64,000 bases of DNA. Source: Alphaproteobacteria bacterium (GTDB taxonomy: Bacteria; Pseudomonadota; Alphaproteobacteria; UBA6615). The notes beneath the pieces are model-generated. The model did not search any database. It worked only from the letters and a program-made list of their open reading frames with translations, and was not told the DNA's origin. A program made the translations under genes and the position numbers. Location: assembly GCA_965261975.1 (NCBI GenBank), contig CBDHEC010000008.1, forward strand, positions 72,049-136,048, written 5' to 3'. How positions within the stretch are numbered: position 1 is the stretch's first letter; each line of letters begins with the position of its first letter. Below are positions 62,072 to 64,000 of the stretch, piece by piece.

Positions 62072-62941
62072 TTATTGGTTGCGGTAATCCGCCGCCGGGA
62101 ACACGCCGAGAACCCGGACATTCTTCGAGAAGTAATCGAGTTCCTCGAACGCCTGCGCCACGCCCGGGTCTGCCGGGTGCCCCTCGATCTCGGCATAGAA
62201 ACGCGCCACCGAGAAACGGTCGCCGGAGATATAGCTTTCCAGCTTGGTGATGTTCACGCCGTTCGTCGCGAACCCACCCATGGCCTTGTAGAGCGCAGCG
62301 GGCACCGACCGCACCTGGAAGATCAGCGATGTCATGCACGGCCCCGCGCTGGGGTCCGGGTCACGGCGCGCGCGGGCCAGCACGACAAACCGCGTCGTGT
62401 TGCCGATCCGGTCCTCGAAGCGTGAGCGCAGCACCTGAAGGTCGTAGATCTCACCCGCAAGCGGTGGCGCCAGCGCGCCGATGCTCGGGTCGCCCAGTTC
62501 GGCAATCTCCAGGGCCGAGCCCGCCGTGTCGGCGCGCGCGGCGGTGCGCACACCCAGTTGCGCCAGCTGCTCGCGGCACTGGGCGAGCGCCTGCGCATGA
62601 CTGCGCACCTCGGTCAATCCTTCCAGGGTCGCATCCTTGGTGCCCAGCAACTGGTACTGCACCTCCAGAAAATGCTCGCGAACGATGTTGAGGCTCGATT
62701 CCGGCAGCAGGTGATGAATGTCCGCCACCCGTCCGCCGAGGGAATTCTCGATCGGAATCATCGCGAGCGCGGCCTTGCCCTCTTTCTCGACCGCGGCGAA
62801 CGCATCCTCGAAGGTGGCGCAGGCAAGCGGCGTCATGTCCGGAAACGCCTGCTGGCACGCGATGTGCGAGTTGGCGCCGGGAACACCCTGATAGGCGATG
62901 GTTGTGGCCGGGTCGCCGGCCTGCTGGTTCGTGTCGGTCAT
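62072..62941 (-). CDS. pheA: Prephenate dehydratase
   Basis: IAYQGVPGANS, PIENS, SHAQALAQC, NTTRF, ACT domain NITKLES. Confidence 0.95.
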   Translation of the reverse strand: MTDTNQQAGDPATTIAYQGVPGANSHIACQQAFPDMTPLACATFEDAFAAVEKEGKAALAMIPIENSLGGRVADIHHLLPESSLNIVREHFLEVQYQLLGTKDATLEGLTEVRSHAQALAQCREQLAQLGVRTAARADTAGSALEIAELGDPSIGALAPPLAGEIYDLQVLRSRFEDRIGNTTRFVVLARARRDPDPSAGPCMTSLIFQVRSVPAALYKAMGGFATNGVNITKLESYISGDRFSVARFYAEIEGHPADPGVAQAFEELDYFSKNVRVLGVFPAADYRNQ

Positions 62942-62977
62942 CGTCGATGGCTTCTTTCGCGAAAACGCGCGTGCCTG

Positions 62978-63754
62978 CTATGCCAGCAATGCCCGCGCGC
63001 GTTCAAGATCGGCCGGAGTATCGACACCGAGGGGAACGGTGTCAACGCGCGCCGCGTCTATCCGCATCCCGGCCTCCAGCGCCCGTAACTGCTCCAGCTT
63101 CTCGCGCTGCTCAAGGGGGCTGGCCGGAAGCGTGACGAAGCGCTCGAGCGCAGCCCGGCGGTAGGCATAGAGCCCGATGTGATGAAAATGCTCCCCGGGT
63201 CCCGTCGGCACCGTGGCGCGGCTGAAATAGAGCGCGCGGCCCGAGGCGGCCGCCCCGTCACCCGCGAGCACCGCCTTCACCACATTCGGGTTGTCGCGCT
63301 CGGCCTCCTCCGTGATCGCACAGACCGCCGTGGCGATATCCACGGCCGGATCGTCGAGCACCGCGACCGTCGCCCGCACGATGGACGGGTCGAGAGTTGG
63401 CAGATCACCCTGCAAATTCACCACCGCGTCGTGGGCGCCCGCTGGATCGAACGACGCCAGGGCGGCCTGGATCCGGTCCGAGCCCGACGGCAGGTCGGGA
63501 TCGGTCAACACGGCCTGACCGCCCGCAGCGTTTACCGCATCGGCGATTTCGGCCTCGGCGCAGGCGATTACAACCGGACCGACCGCGGCCTCTTCAGCGC
63601 GCCGCAAGCATTGCACGATCATGGGAAGGCCACAGATATCAGCCAGCGGTTTTCCCGGCAGACGCGTGGAGGCCATGCGTGCGGGAATCAGAACCACGGG
63701 GTTCGTCGGCGGGGTGCGGGATTCGTCTGGATTCGACAGGGTTCGGGTCTCCAT
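62978..63754 (-). CDS. kdsB: 3-deoxy-manno-octulosonate cytidylyltransferase
   Basis: [47 protein letters not shown]. Confidence 0.97.
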   Translation of the reverse strand: METRTLSNPDESRTPPTNPVVLIPARMASTRLPGKPLADICGLPMIVQCLRRAEEAAVGPVVIACAEAEIADAVNAAGGQAVLTDPDLPSGSDRIQAALASFDPAGAHDAVVNLQGDLPTLDPSIVRATVAVLDDPAVDIATAVCAITEEAERDNPNVVKAVLAGDGAAASGRALYFSRATVPTGPGEHFHHIGLYAYRRAALERFVTLPASPLEQREKLEQLRALEAGMRIDAARVDTVPLGVDTPADLERARALLA

Positions 63755-63956
63755 TTCAGGCGCTGCGACCTAATGCCGCGAGCCCCGGATCGGCGCTGGC
63801 CGGGGGGCCAGACGGAAGATATATCTCGAAGCGCGAGAACGGAACCATCACCGTGTTGCGGGGGGCCGTGGACAGGTGCACGTTCCCTCGCTAAATTCGC
63901 GGCGCGCGGGATGTTCCGCCTGCAAAACGATCCGGTTTAAACGGGGAATACGACGT

Positions 63957-64000
63957 ATGGGTGGCGAATCTTACAAGATTTGGGGATCGGTCCTCGTGGC
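63957..64000 (+). CDS. Start of a gene, possibly a membrane-anchored cytochrome c (partial)
   Basis: GGGGAA RBS, MGGESYKIWGSVLVA...; a cytochrome c gene is commonly divergent from kdsB in alphaproteobacteria; only 14 codons visible. Confidence 0.35.
   Translation, partial: MGGESYKIWGSVLV

Noticed and set aside
1-64000. CRISPR arrays, IS elements, riboswitches, rRNA or long tandem repeats
   Set aside because: None recognised by eye; intergenic spaces are short. A self-dotplot and an Rfam scan would be needed to exclude subtle cases

Overview
GC-rich (roughly 65% by eye) chromosomal segment of an alphaproteobacterium. Gene order (rpmH-rnpA-yidD-yidC-engB-argB; dapD-dapE; def-fmt-truA; ffs-dnaX-ybaB-recR; kdsB-pheA) fits a Rhodospirillales-like organism, which is an inference. 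The left 21.8 kb, ending at the 3' end of tRNA-Arg(ACG), is an accessory catabolic region. It holds an IclR-flanked operon (sulfatase/phosphonate-monoesterase-like hydrolase, SDR, a two-subunit pyrogallol-transhydroxylase-like molybdoenzyme, SAM methyltransferase), several acyl-CoA enzymes, an amidase, a PhyH dioxygenase and a cobalt-type nitrile hydratase. The molybdoenzyme has an extra SCP2-like N-terminal domain, and its Fe-S subunit has lost the ligands of one cluster. The right part is mostly housekeeping, plus a peptide ABC/peptidase operon and a four-gene c-di-GMP/DUF2336 operon preceded by a CtrA-like box. At least eight genes are broken: two in-frame TAGs, five indel lesions (including def and fmt) and an in-frame MscS::ABC-ATPase chimera. 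Consensus or assembly error must therefore be considered throughout. No CRISPR array, integrase, transposase or rRNA was seen. All family calls come from motif recognition and remembered sequences, not database searches.
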